From Nitrospirota bacterium (GTDB lineage Bacteria > Nitrospirota > Thermodesulfovibrionia > Thermodesulfovibrionales > Dissulfurispiraceae): 64,000 nt of DNA. The stretch is from positions 1 to 64,000 of the forward strand of contig JBFMCP010000015.1 of the NCBI GenBank assembly GCA_040754455.1, in the 5' to 3' direction. Shown here piece by piece: positions 19,243-27,578 of this stretch (positions are counted from its first letter, which is position 1; every line of letters begins with the position of its first letter). Below the pieces are notes generated by a model. That model was given only the letters and a program-made list of their open reading frames with translations, was not told the DNA's origin and did no database searches. Position numbers and translations under genes: made by a program.

Positions 19243-19680
19243 TTACGCCTCCACCGATACCTTCGACGATGGGCTGATATCGAAGGTGCCCAGGAAATTA
19301 GATGAAGTCCTTATATAATAAAGTGATTTTTCAATGAGCTTACTGTTGAACTGGTTCAGCTCAGAGATATTGCGGATAATCACCGAAAACCTGGATGCAA
19401 GCGCATCGAGTCTCTTACGGTACACCGTATCAGCGAGTGCTGCAACCTCGGTAATTGTTTTTCCTTTAAATCCAAGTGCTTCCAATATCTTCTCTCGTGT
19501 TTCATCGCAGACTTTTATGCTGGTGGTGATCTCCTCCTTCTCGCGCAGAAGCTGCTCCAGTGCCGAGGGATCAAGGCTGACAATAACCTCCTTCTCCCGT
19601 TGCAAAAGCTCCATCAGCCTGGTGCAAAGCAGGAACTCCTTTTCCAGAATGCCCATTAAATCGTCATACGATTGAGTCAA
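19243..19680 (-). CDS. flgN: Flagellar export chaperone FlgN
   Basis: Helical 145 aa protein between flgM and flgK, with LN..N..LI motif. Confidence 0.85.
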   Translation of the reverse strand: MTQSYDDLMGILEKEFLLCTRLMELLQREKEVIVSLDPSALEQLLREKEEITTSIKVCDETREKILEALGFKGKTITEVAALADTVYRKRLDALASRFSVIIRNISELNQFNSKLIEKSLYYIRTSSNFLGTFDISPSSKVSVEA

Positions 19681-19972
19681 TGATCGCCTCCCGTATCATT
19701 TTGCCTGCCACTGCTTCACCTTTTACGTTATAAGTGCCCTCATTGATGGCTTTCTTTACCGCCTCTACACGGTCAGTCCTCACCTCCGGAATAGTGCCGA
19801 CCTGTGCCTGGAGAGTTTCTATTTCTTTGGCCTTTTCTTTTGCCTTCTCGGATACTGTTACCTGGTCCCTCGGCGCGATCTTTTCGGCTTTTCCACCAGC
19901 GACATTTTCTTTGATCTTGTCGGTTTTCTGCAGGCTCGCGCTGACAACATCGACCTTATTGGTGATCTTCAT
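19664..19972 (-). CDS. flgM: Anti-sigma28 factor FlgM
   Basis: DQVTVS...VRTDRVEAVKKAINEGTYNV....VA.KM. Confidence 0.9.
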   Translation of the reverse strand: MKITNKVDVVSASLQKTDKIKENVAGGKAEKIAPRDQVTVSEKAKEKAKEIETLQAQVGTIPEVRTDRVEAVKKAINEGTYNVKGEAVAGKMIREAIIDSIV

Positions 19973-20020
19973 CCTTTCTCCTCCTCGTTTATAGTGTCAG
20001 TTCTGTACATATATAATTAT

Positions 20021-20047
20021 ATATCGGAGGATTTTCACAAAACATTA
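20021..20047 (-). promoter_or_regulatory. Putative sigma28 (FliA) promoter for flgM-flgN-flgK-flgL
   Basis: TAAT-N15-TCCGATAT versus consensus TAAA-N15-GCCGATAA. Confidence 0.7.
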
Positions 20048-20806
20048 ACCTATCTCCCTCAAGGGATTCACCGGTATTCCATACTTCCTTATTTCAAAAT
20101 GCACATGAGGCCCTGTAGCCTTACCCGTAGCGCCCGACAAGGCAATTATGCTTTTTGAGTCAACAACTTCTCCGTTTTTTACATAATTTACGGCATTATG
20201 GGCGTACAAGCTACTGAGCCCATCATCGTGTTTTACTATAATACAATTACCGTAACTATTTGAATAACCACTAAAAACAACTGTGCCCGGCGCTGCGGCA
20301 CTGATCGGTGTCCCTTCGGGAACAGCGATATCCATACCATTATGGTGGCGCAGCTTTCCGTCAAAAGGGTCGTGCCTCAAACCGAATCCCGAAGTGATAA
20401 GACCTTTTACAGGAAGCCTCAGCTTTTCACTATTCCATATTGAAGCAGCACTTTCGTTTTGAGCAGATATCTTATTGTTATTTATATCAGAACTTTCATT
20501 ATGACCTGCTTCCGGCTGATTTTCTACCGAGGGTCGTACCATTGTAGGATTATTCATAAGGTGATCACCTATGCCGATCCCTCTTTCGGCAAGAGATTGT
20601 GCAATTTCGGCGGTTATGATGGGAATAAAGGTAGAAACGGTCTTATCCTTGTTGAATGAAGTCTGTTCCATCATAATCTTCAAGAATTCATTTAAGAATA
20701 TCGTTTCGACCTCTTTTGCTGCTTTACGCAGATCAGAGCTCTCGCCGTTATGATCGTTTCTTCGTATGTTCATTAACTGCTGATTGAGAGGAATAATCGG
20801 TTTCAC
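20045..20806 (-). CDS. flgJ: FlgJ-like protein: N-terminal rod-binding-like segment fused to an M23 peptidase domain
   Basis: Directly after flgI. LRKAAKEVETIFL..LK.M...IAQSLA..GIGI resembles the FlgJ N-terminus. HNGMD and GPHVHFE are M23 zinc motifs. Confidence 0.75.
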   Translation of the reverse strand: MKPIIPLNQQLMNIRRNDHNGESSDLRKAAKEVETIFLNEFLKIMMEQTSFNKDKTVSTFIPIITAEIAQSLAERGIGIGDHLMNNPTMVRPSVENQPEAGHNESSDINNNKISAQNESAASIWNSEKLRLPVKGLITSGFGLRHDPFDGKLRHHNGMDIAVPEGTPISAAAPGTVVFSGYSNSYGNCIIVKHDDGLSSLYAHNAVNYVKNGEVVDSKSIIALSGATGKATGPHVHFEIRKYGIPVNPLREIG

Positions 20807-21993
20807 ATTATCACCAGATCCGCTTTGAGACTTCCTGCTGCCTTGATGGCCTGCAGTATCGCGACCAGGTCGCGGGGAGCAACACCGAGGGCATTGAGCG
20901 CCTTCACCAGCTCACCGATTGTTGCGCCCTTGACTTCGACAAAAGAGGCCTTTTTCTCTTCTGCCGCAACCTCCTTTTTGGGTACAACGATGGTCTCTGC
21001 GCTCTCGGGTGCAAAAGAGGGAGGCTGGGAGACCTGAAACTCGGTCTTGATTTCAATAGTGAGACCTCCATGCGCTAGTGCTACCGAGCTGATACTGACA
21101 TTCTCGCCGACAACAACTGTTCCGGTCCGCTCGTTGACCACCACCCGAGCCGGCAGATCGACATCTACATGAATCGCCTCAACTGCTGCCATGAGCTCCA
21201 CTACTCTGTCGGCATAGGCATCGGGGACGGTTACCGAAATAACCGACGGTCCCTCAGCCTTGGCAAAATTGCCGCTCAATTGCCCGTTTATCCTATCAGC
21301 TACTCTTTTCGCTGTCGTGATATCCTGGGTCATCAGCAGTACGTCGAACCTGTTTCTCAGATTCAACTGCACCGGAACCTCCCGCTCGACAATGGCACCA
21401 TTGGGAACAGTCCCCACATTGGGGTGGTTCTTAATCGTCTGGGCACCTCCCCCACCCGCCGAAAACCCCCCTATCGAGAGCGGCCCCTGGGCAACAGCAT
21501 ACACGCTGCCGTCCGGTCCCTTAAGTGGGGTCATAAGGAGCGTGCCTCCCTGAAGACTCTTTGCATCACCAATGGATGATACCTGCACGTCTACTTTTGA
21601 ACCGGGCTTCACCATTGTGGGAAGCTTGGCCGTTACAATTACTGCGGCGATATTCTTTGTCTTTCCTTTTACATCAGCGGGATTGATGCTAATTCCCATT
21701 CTGGTGAGCATGTTGGCAAAAGGCTGGAATATGTAGGTGCCGTCCTTGTCACCTGTCCCGTTAAGCCCAACCACAATGCCGTAGCCGATAAGCTCATTCT
21801 CCCTGACCCCCGAAAAAGTGGCAATATCCTTTATCCGTTCGGCGTATACATCGGAAGATAAAAGACAGAAGACAGAGGTCAGAAATAGATAAATAGACAA
21901 AAGCGCTCTCGCTTTTCTTTTGCTGCGCGGTTTACATCTGCCTTTGGCCATCTTTGTCCTTGTCCTCCCGGCTCTTATCAACTGTTTCCTCAC
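20803..21993 (-). CDS. flgI: Flagellar P-ring protein
   Basis: RIKDIA..GVR.N.LIGYG.VVGL.GTGD, GDAKSLQGGTL and NERTGTVV. Start uncertain. Confidence 0.95.
   Translation of the reverse strand: MRKQLIRAGRTRTKMAKGRCKPRSKRKARALLSIYLFLTSVFCLLSSDVYAERIKDIATFSGVRENELIGYGIVVGLNGTGDKDGTYIFQPFANMLTRMGISINPADVKGKTKNIAAVIVTAKLPTMVKPGSKVDVQVSSIGDAKSLQGGTLLMTPLKGPDGSVYAVAQGPLSIGGFSAGGGGAQTIKNHPNVGTVPNGAIVEREVPVQLNLRNRFDVLLMTQDITTAKRVADRINGQLSGNFAKAEGPSVISVTVPDAYADRVVELMAAVEAIHVDVDLPARVVVNERTGTVVVGENVSISSVALAHGGLTIEIKTEFQVSQPPSFAPESAETIVVPKKEVAAEEKKASFVEVKGATIGELVKALNALGVAPRDLVAILQAIKAAGSLKADLVIM
21854..21898. repeat. Heptamer array inside the flgI signal peptide
   Basis: gaagata aaagaca gaagaca gaggtca; the minus strand encodes ..FLTSVFCLLS.. 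Confidence 0.65.
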
Positions 21994-22001
21994 ACCTTGC
22001 T

Positions 22002-22772
22002 TCAGAACGGCCAGACCTGATCGAGGAATCTCACCAGCCAGCCCTGGGACTGTTTGTCATCCAGGACGCCATCACCCACAAGGTATATCTGGGCATCGGC
22101 GATATTCTGTGATAAAACGGTATTATTGCTCGATATATCATCGGGCCGTATAATACCCCGCAATACAACGATTTCCTTTTCATTATTCACCACCACCTCT
22201 TTCCTCGATTCGAGCACCAGATTGGCGTTCGGGAGTACTTCGACGACCTTCGCCGTGATCGTCGCCGTCAGTCTCCCTTCCCTCGTCGTATCGCCTTTTC
22301 CCTGGAAATCGGATGATCCGCTCCCCTGGACCCTGGGGGTGAAGGTGTTTGCACCCTTATAGAAATCTTTCAAAGCGAACGCATTATGCAGGTTGAAATC
22401 GAGGTTGGCCCCGAAAAGGTTCGTTATGTTGTAGTCATTGTCTTTTGAGTCACGGCTTGCATTGGTGGTCGCTTTTTTCGAAGCAGCGGACCGTTCGGTA
22501 ATGAGAATGGTCACGAGGTCATTGACCCTCTTCGCCTTTCTGTCCTCATAGAGGGATGCCGCATCTTTCCAGAGCGAACCCTCCGACGAGTATACTGCAC
22601 GCTCCCTTGTCTCGACATAGGCCGGGGGCATCGGTGCGTTTTTTATTTCACGGGCATCCCTGAGACCCTGTGCGCAGCCCCCGATCATCGTCGCCAGAAA
22701 ACACAGAAGTATACCTTTCCTTAGTACGGACTTCCGACTTCTGTATTCCGACTTCTGTATCCTCTTTTTCAT
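22002..22772 (-). CDS. flgH: Flagellar L-ring lipoprotein
   Basis: Lipobox IGGC, GSLW, D.KA..V.D.VTI, VLPNANL, G.IRP.DI...N.V.S and C-terminal WPF. Confidence 0.95.
   Translation of the reverse strand: MKKRIQKSEYRSRKSVLRKGILLCFLATMIGGCAQGLRDAREIKNAPMPPAYVETRERAVYSSEGSLWKDAASLYEDRKAKRVNDLVTILITERSAASKKATTNASRDSKDNDYNITNLFGANLDFNLHNAFALKDFYKGANTFTPRVQGSGSSDFQGKGDTTREGRLTATITAKVVEVLPNANLVLESRKEVVVNNEKEIVVLRGIIRPDDISSNNTVLSQNIADAQIYLVGDGVLDDKQSQGWLVRFLDQVWPF
22729..22763. repeat. Heptamer array inside the flgH N-terminus
   Basis: gacttcc gacttct gtattcc gacttct gtatcct encodes RIQKSEYRSRKS. A partial complementary arm lies at about 22695-22712 (ILLCFL). Confidence 0.75.
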
Positions 22773-23503
22773 ATTTTCACCTTTACCATCGTAGGGGCAA
22801 CGAGAATGCCGTATATCTCCTTTTTAGAACTGTCGCACCACACTTTCGCAGTGCCTCCGAGTACCGCATCGTTACGTAATACTCCCTTGGTTGAAATACT
22901 TACGTTGTTTCCCTCAACCACAACATCAACTTTTTGTCCTCTCTTGCCCGATGCCGGTGCATTTACGTGGTTGGTCTTCAAGATGATGCCCTGTCCCAGC
23001 GAAGCCCGCAATGCTTTTCCCTCGAGCTCATCCTTATTAAGAAGCGCACCTGCAGGGATCCGTGAGCTTTTCTGCTTCACGGTATAAAAATCGTTCTCCG
23101 TCAGTATCGTTCCGCTCATGAGCGGCCTGGAAGTAACGAAGACATCAACCGGTACATCATATGCAGTTTCGATGAGCAATGAAGAATCTTTCTCTTCATT
23201 GGAGACGGTTATTAAAAAGACCGCCTTATTCCTTCCATTGTACCCGTTCATTACCGCGCTCTTTATTACCGAGGGACCTTTGCGATGAATGATCTCTCCC
23301 CCCCTTATAATCCTCAATCCGGTAAGTTCCACCTCATCCGAGATGAGGTGGGATAACTTTTCGTGTAGTATCGTCTCTATCTCACCAAGCAGAGCACTCT
23401 TCTCGTCTGCACGGGAAACAGAGGCAAGCAAAAAGAGCATGACAGGAAAGATCATGCCAAGTATCCAGCCCTGCCCTCTCCTGGTTTCCTTGTAAAGTGT
23501 CAT
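22769..23503 (-). CDS. flgA: P-ring assembly chaperone FlgA
   Basis: Position between flgG and flgH, signal peptide, SAF-like region and C-terminal G..V.V...G..L.D...G...V....S.K. Confidence 0.85.
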   Translation of the reverse strand: MTLYKETRRGQGWILGMIFPVMLFLLASVSRADEKSALLGEIETILHEKLSHLISDEVELTGLRIIRGGEIIHRKGPSVIKSAVMNGYNGRNKAVFLITVSNEEKDSSLLIETAYDVPVDVFVTSRPLMSGTILTENDFYTVKQKSSRIPAGALLNKDELEGKALRASLGQGIILKTNHVNAPASGKRGQKVDVVVEGNNVSISTKGVLRNDAVLGGTAKVWCDSSKKEIYGILVAPTMVKVKI

Positions 23504-23507
23504 CGCG

Positions 23508-24296
23508 TTATCGCTTCAGTGCCGCACTCGTCTGCAGCATCTCATCCGATGCCTGCACCGCACGCGAATTCAGGTCAAAGGCACGCTGGGCGGTTATGAG
23601 GTTGGCCAACTCTTCGACGACGTTAACGTTCGAATTCTCAAGGAACCCCTGGCTGAGCGACCCCCTCCCCTCGGTGTCAGGCACTCCAACGGTGGGCTCA
23701 CCGGAAGCATCGGTGGCGAGGAAAAGATTTTTTCCGATTGCCTGAAGTCCGGCAGGATTGACGAATTTTGCTATCTCGATCTGCCCGATCTCCTGAGGAG
23801 TGGTATTTCCCGCCTGGAGCACCGTAACACGTCCGTCAAAGCCTATCGTGATTTTTGTCGTATCCGTAGGAATTGTGATGGAGGGCTCGAGAGGAAAGCC
23901 ATCGGAATTGACGATCCTGCCGTCCTGGTCCAGTTTAAATGCACCCGCCCTTGTATAGGCGATTGTCCCATCAGGTCTTGTGAGCTGGAAAAAGCCATCG
24001 CCCTCGATAACGAGGTCGAGATCATTGCCGGTATTAATAAAATCACCCTGGGTAAAGAGCTTCTGAACCGCCACGGGCCGTACACCGAGCCCCACCTGTA
24101 TTCCTGAAGGGACTTGAATACCCTCTGCCGACGGGACACCGGGTGCCTTGATCGTCTGATAGAGCAGATCCTGAAAATCGGCCCTGCTCCGTTTGTACCC
24201 TACCGTATTGACATTCGCAATATTGTTCGAGATAACATCAACGTTAAGTTGCTGAGCCTGCATCCCTGTTGCTGCGGTAAAGAGCGATCTGATCAC
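23508..24296 (-). CDS. flgG: Distal rod protein FlgG
   Basis: [32 protein letters not shown] and LENSNV. Confidence 0.96.
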   Translation of the reverse strand: MIRSLFTAATGMQAQQLNVDVISNNIANVNTVGYKRSRADFQDLLYQTIKAPGVPSAEGIQVPSGIQVGLGVRPVAVQKLFTQGDFINTGNDLDLVIEGDGFFQLTRPDGTIAYTRAGAFKLDQDGRIVNSDGFPLEPSITIPTDTTKITIGFDGRVTVLQAGNTTPQEIGQIEIAKFVNPAGLQAIGKNLFLATDASGEPTVGVPDTEGRGSLSQGFLENSNVNVVEELANLITAQRAFDLNSRAVQASDEMLQTSAALKR

Positions 24297-24348
24297 AACG
24301 ACCTCCGTTTATTGCGTTATACGTTCTTAAGTCCGTTGCCCTCGGTGT

Positions 24349-25077
24349 TTATACTTTTGCTATTTCAGAGACACTTCTCTGTGAAAGCTCATTGAAATTC
24401 TGGATCACCTTCTGAGCTGAATCATATTGACGCAAGGCAGTAATGATGCCTACCATCTCCCGCACCGGGTTGACGTTCGACATCTCGGTGCTGCCCTGCA
24501 CCATATCGCCGCTTGCGATTCCACGCTCAGTGCCGGTAAACAACGATTCTCCTATATGCTGGATATCCACGAGCCGCGCCATTTTGATCTTCCCTGCTGC
24601 GTTGCCGTCCACATAGACGGTTCCTTCAGCATTGATGTTGATCTCCCTGCCCTCGATCCTGATCGGCTTGTTGGCGGTATCGAGTACCCTCTGCCCCCTC
24701 TCGGTCACAAGGAATCCCTCTTTGCTCTTACTGAAGCTTCCGTTTCTCGTATAAAATATGTTCCCCTTGCCCTCGACAGCGAAAAAGCCTTCACCCCTGA
24801 TGGCAAGGTCGAGGGGGTTTCCCGTGGTCCTCAGGTTCCCTTCCTTTACATCGATCGAGTATGTTCCGAAATACGTCATCGCCCGGGCATCAGGGTACAA
24901 CGAATTCCGGTCCTGTGCAACATCCTCCATGAGCGGATAAAGCCGGGAGGAAAAGGTACCCTTCTTGTATCCCGTTGTGCTGGCGTTAGCCAAATTATTG
25001 GCAACATTGTCCAATTCTTGACTCCTCAGCACTGCTCCGGTCATTGCAACATATATACCTTTATACATTAATCGCAA
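24349..25077 (-). CDS. flgF: Proximal rod protein FlgF
   Basis: ANNLANASTTGYK, TGNPLDLAI.GEGFF, YTRNG and EMSNVN.V.EM. Start probably ATG 25068. Confidence 0.9.
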   Translation of the reverse strand: MRLMYKGIYVAMTGAVLRSQELDNVANNLANASTTGYKKGTFSSRLYPLMEDVAQDRNSLYPDARAMTYFGTYSIDVKEGNLRTTGNPLDLAIRGEGFFAVEGKGNIFYTRNGSFSKSKEGFLVTERGQRVLDTANKPIRIEGREININAEGTVYVDGNAAGKIKMARLVDIQHIGESLFTGTERGIASGDMVQGSTEMSNVNPVREMVGIITALRQYDSAQKVIQNFNELSQRSVSEIAKV

Positions 25078-25104
25078 TCTCCTTTATCGGGCTGTGTAAT
25101 GAAA

Positions 25105-25120
25105 AGCAATATCGATGCCA
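25105..25120 (-). promoter_or_regulatory. sigma54 promoter upstream of flgF
   Basis: TGGCATCGATATTGCT matches the -24/-12 consensus TGGCAC-N5-TTGC. Confidence 0.85.
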
Positions 25121-25128
25121 CAAAAAGA

Positions 25129-25256
25129 AAATCCTACATACAAATATCGAAATCCTAAACAAATGAAAAATTCACGAGCGATCGAGCGCTATTACAGCAT
25201 CGCCTGAATGAAAAATATGCCGTTGTTTAGAAATTGTGACTTAGGACTTAGGATTT
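25129..25256. repeat. Inverted heptamer array upstream of the flgF promoter
   Basis: aaatcct acataca aatatcg aaatcct aaacaa ... ttgtttag aaattgt gacttag gacttag gattt. Confidence 0.75.
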
Positions 25257-25297
25257 GATGTGAAAGATGGTGGGAAAATTTTTCCCGACAGGGAAAA

Positions 25298-25501
25298 TTA
25301 TACCGTGATATCGACGCCCCCGGGGCCCTTTCCCGGCGGTCGCCCGGGCTGCTTTTTGTTCGCCTTACGGGATCGTTCCTTCTCCTCTTTTGAACGCCGT
25401 TCCGTCTTCACGGTACGGCTCTTCGGAAAGACATACGGAGTGCCGATGGCCCTTATGCCCTGGGCACCATAGAGATCTCTTATTCCCTCATCGCTCGCCA
25501 T
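25298..25501 (-). CDS. Small basic hypothetical protein (flagellar-cluster associated)
   Basis: 67 aa, co-oriented directly after the HDOD gene, ending GGVDITV. Confidence 0.55.
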   Translation of the reverse strand: MASDEGIRDLYGAQGIRAIGTPYVFPKSRTVKTERRSKEEKERSRKANKKQPGRPPGKGPGGVDITV

Positions 25502-25519
25502 GATACGTTGTAATTGCGG

Positions 25520-26404
25520 TTACTCCATCAACTGGGCCTTCTGCTCGGTATAGGTTTTCTTCAGTTGCTCCTGTAGCGCATTGAAACGATCAGCAGTGAT
25601 GCCGATATGCTCAAACCCTATTTCTGCGGAAGTGCCGGGAACCCTTAACCCTATGCCCATATTCAGGCACATGGCATCCGCTATCTTGATAATCTGGCAG
25701 AGCGGCTCGTAATCGCCGAGTACCTCGGCAGGGAAGGGGTCGGCAGAGTGGTGAAACTCAATCACCACTTCAAGATTTCTGGGAAGCTTCCATTTCCGTG
25801 CAACGAGCCCGCCCACATTGCAGTGATTGAACCCGAGCATCTCTTCCTCCGCCTTCAATGCGGGCATGCCCTCCTCATAGACCCTCTCGATAATCAGGCT
25901 GTACGAGTCCGGCATGCTGTTGTTGAGAATGATTTTTCCCATATCGTGTATCAACCCCGCGATTTGCGCCTCCTCAGGCGGGACCATCTGTGTTTCGCCG
26001 GCAATCAGGCTTGCAGCAATGGAGACGCCAAGACTGTGTTCCCAGTGCCGCTGCTCGAAGAGACCGAACCTGCGGTGAAGATCTTTCATCGAAGCGGCAG
26101 CAACAAGAGACCTCATCGAGTTAAACCCGATCATAATGATCGCGTTCGAAACGGTGTCGATGCTTCTTCCTCTTCCATAGTAAGGAGAATTGGCGATCCG
26201 CAGCAGCCGGGCGGAGAACGCCTCATCCTTCGAGATGATCTTCTCAAGCTCGTTCACAGATGAAAAATCGTCATTGATGAGCTGGAGCACTTTCGAGGCG
26301 ATAGGCGGGAGACTCGGAACATCAACGGTCTCCAGAACAATCTTCTCCAACATGTCTTCTCTCATGCCATCACCCCGCTTCCCGTTCATGGTACTGTGGT
26401 ACAC
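25520..26404 (-). CDS. HDOD-domain protein
   Basis: PSLP, LL.IANSPYY, W.HS, AGLIHDMGK and WKLP...FHH. Start may be 26365. Confidence 0.9.
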   Translation of the reverse strand: MYHSTMNGKRGDGMREDMLEKIVLETVDVPSLPPIASKVLQLINDDFSSVNELEKIISKDEAFSARLLRIANSPYYGRGRSIDTVSNAIIMIGFNSMRSLVAAASMKDLHRRFGLFEQRHWEHSLGVSIAASLIAGETQMVPPEEAQIAGLIHDMGKIILNNSMPDSYSLIIERVYEEGMPALKAEEEMLGFNHCNVGGLVARKWKLPRNLEVVIEFHHSADPFPAEVLGDYEPLCQIIKIADAMCLNMGIGLRVPGTSAEIGFEHIGITADRFNALQEQLKKTYTEQKAQLME

Positions 26405-26446
26405 TGCGCAAATCGTGCATCATAACATCCCCCCTCGAAGGCGTTC

Positions 26447-27514
26447 CTATACCGAATTGACGATTTCTCCGGCAATCTCTTCCAGGTATAATACCTTGTC
26501 GGCGAGACCCGCATCGACAACCGCTTTCGGCATGCCGTAGACGACGCAGGTCTCCTCATTCTGGGCGAAGATTCTGCCGCCGCTCTTTTTCAAGGCCGTC
26601 AGTCCCTTCAGGCCGTCGTTGCCCATACCCGTCAGAATAACGCCCAATGCCCTGCCCGGGAAAAACTCGGCAACAGAGCTCATAAGCGCATCAACCGAGG
26701 GGCGATAGATAAAGTCTTCCTTATTCTCGGAAATGCTGACGACGGTCTCGATACCCTTCACCCTCGTTACTCTCATATGGCCGCGCCCTGGGGCTACCAA
26801 CGCAAGACCCGGCCTCAGCATTTCGCCCTCCACCGCTTCTTTCACATCAATCTGACTGAGCTGATTGAGCCGTTCCGCAAAGGGGCCCGTGAAATTCGGC
26901 GGCATATGCTGTGCAATAACGATGGGGACCGGAAAATTCTTCGGCAATTTGGGGATGATCTCCTGGAGCGCCTTGGGCCCTCCTGTGGAAGTGCCGATGG
27001 ACACCACCCCGACCCTCCGTTCGCCGGTAGTCCTGACCGGTATCGCGCGAGGCATTTCGAGGGGGGGTGGTGCAGCAAGCGGCCGTGGAACGGGCCGAGC
27101 CTTCCTCTTCACGATCCCTTTCCTTCCGATATGCTTTATCTTTTCGATCAGTATCTCCTTAATTTTCACGATATTCACCGAGAGTTCCGAAAGGTTTTTC
27201 GGGATGAAATCGACCGCCCCGTGATCCAGAGCATCGAGCGTAGCCTTTGCTCCCTCGGTGGTGATGGAACTCACCATAATGACGGGAAGCGGGTTGGTCT
27301 CCATGATATGCTTGAGGGCGGTGATACCGTCCATTCGAGGCATCTCCACATCCATGGTAACCACATCGGGCTTGAGACTTTCTATTTTTTCGATGGCTTC
27401 CAGCCCGTCACGAGCCGTACCGATGATCTTGATCTCCGGGTCCGAGGCGAGCATATTGGAGAGCGCATTCCTCATGAATGCAGAATCATCGACAATGAGT
27501 ATCTTAACCGTCAT
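26447..27514 (-). CDS. cheB: Chemotaxis methylesterase CheB (receiver plus methylesterase)
   Basis: IVDDSAFMR, GTSTGGP, QHMP, RPSVD and LTGMG.DG. Start MTVKIL at 27514. Confidence 0.96.
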   Translation of the reverse strand: MTVKILIVDDSAFMRNALSNMLASDPEIKIIGTARDGLEAIEKIESLKPDVVTMDVEMPRMDGITALKHIMETNPLPVIMVSSITTEGAKATLDALDHGAVDFIPKNLSELSVNIVKIKEILIEKIKHIGRKGIVKRKARPVPRPLAAPPPLEMPRAIPVRTTGERRVGVVSIGTSTGGPKALQEIIPKLPKNFPVPIVIAQHMPPNFTGPFAERLNQLSQIDVKEAVEGEMLRPGLALVAPGRGHMRVTRVKGIETVVSISENKEDFIYRPSVDALMSSVAEFFPGRALGVILTGMGNDGLKGLTALKKSGGRIFAQNEETCVVYGMPKAVVDAGLADKVLYLEEIAGEIVNSV

Positions 27515-27516
27515 TT

Positions 27517-27574
27517 GTTCACCGTTCATCGTTCATCGTTCACCGTCTTTCGCTATGAACGGTGAACAATGAGC
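27517..27574. repeat. Inverted heptamer array (MCP-cheB junction)
   Basis: gttcacc gttcatc gttcatc gttcacc ... tatgaac ggtgaac aatgagc. Confidence 0.9.
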
Positions 27575-27578
27575 TTTT

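Noticed and set aside
24305..24345. cgtt-rich degenerate repeats between flgF and flgG
   Set aside because: The period is irregular and there is no clear inverted arm, so it is too weak to include in the heptamer family.
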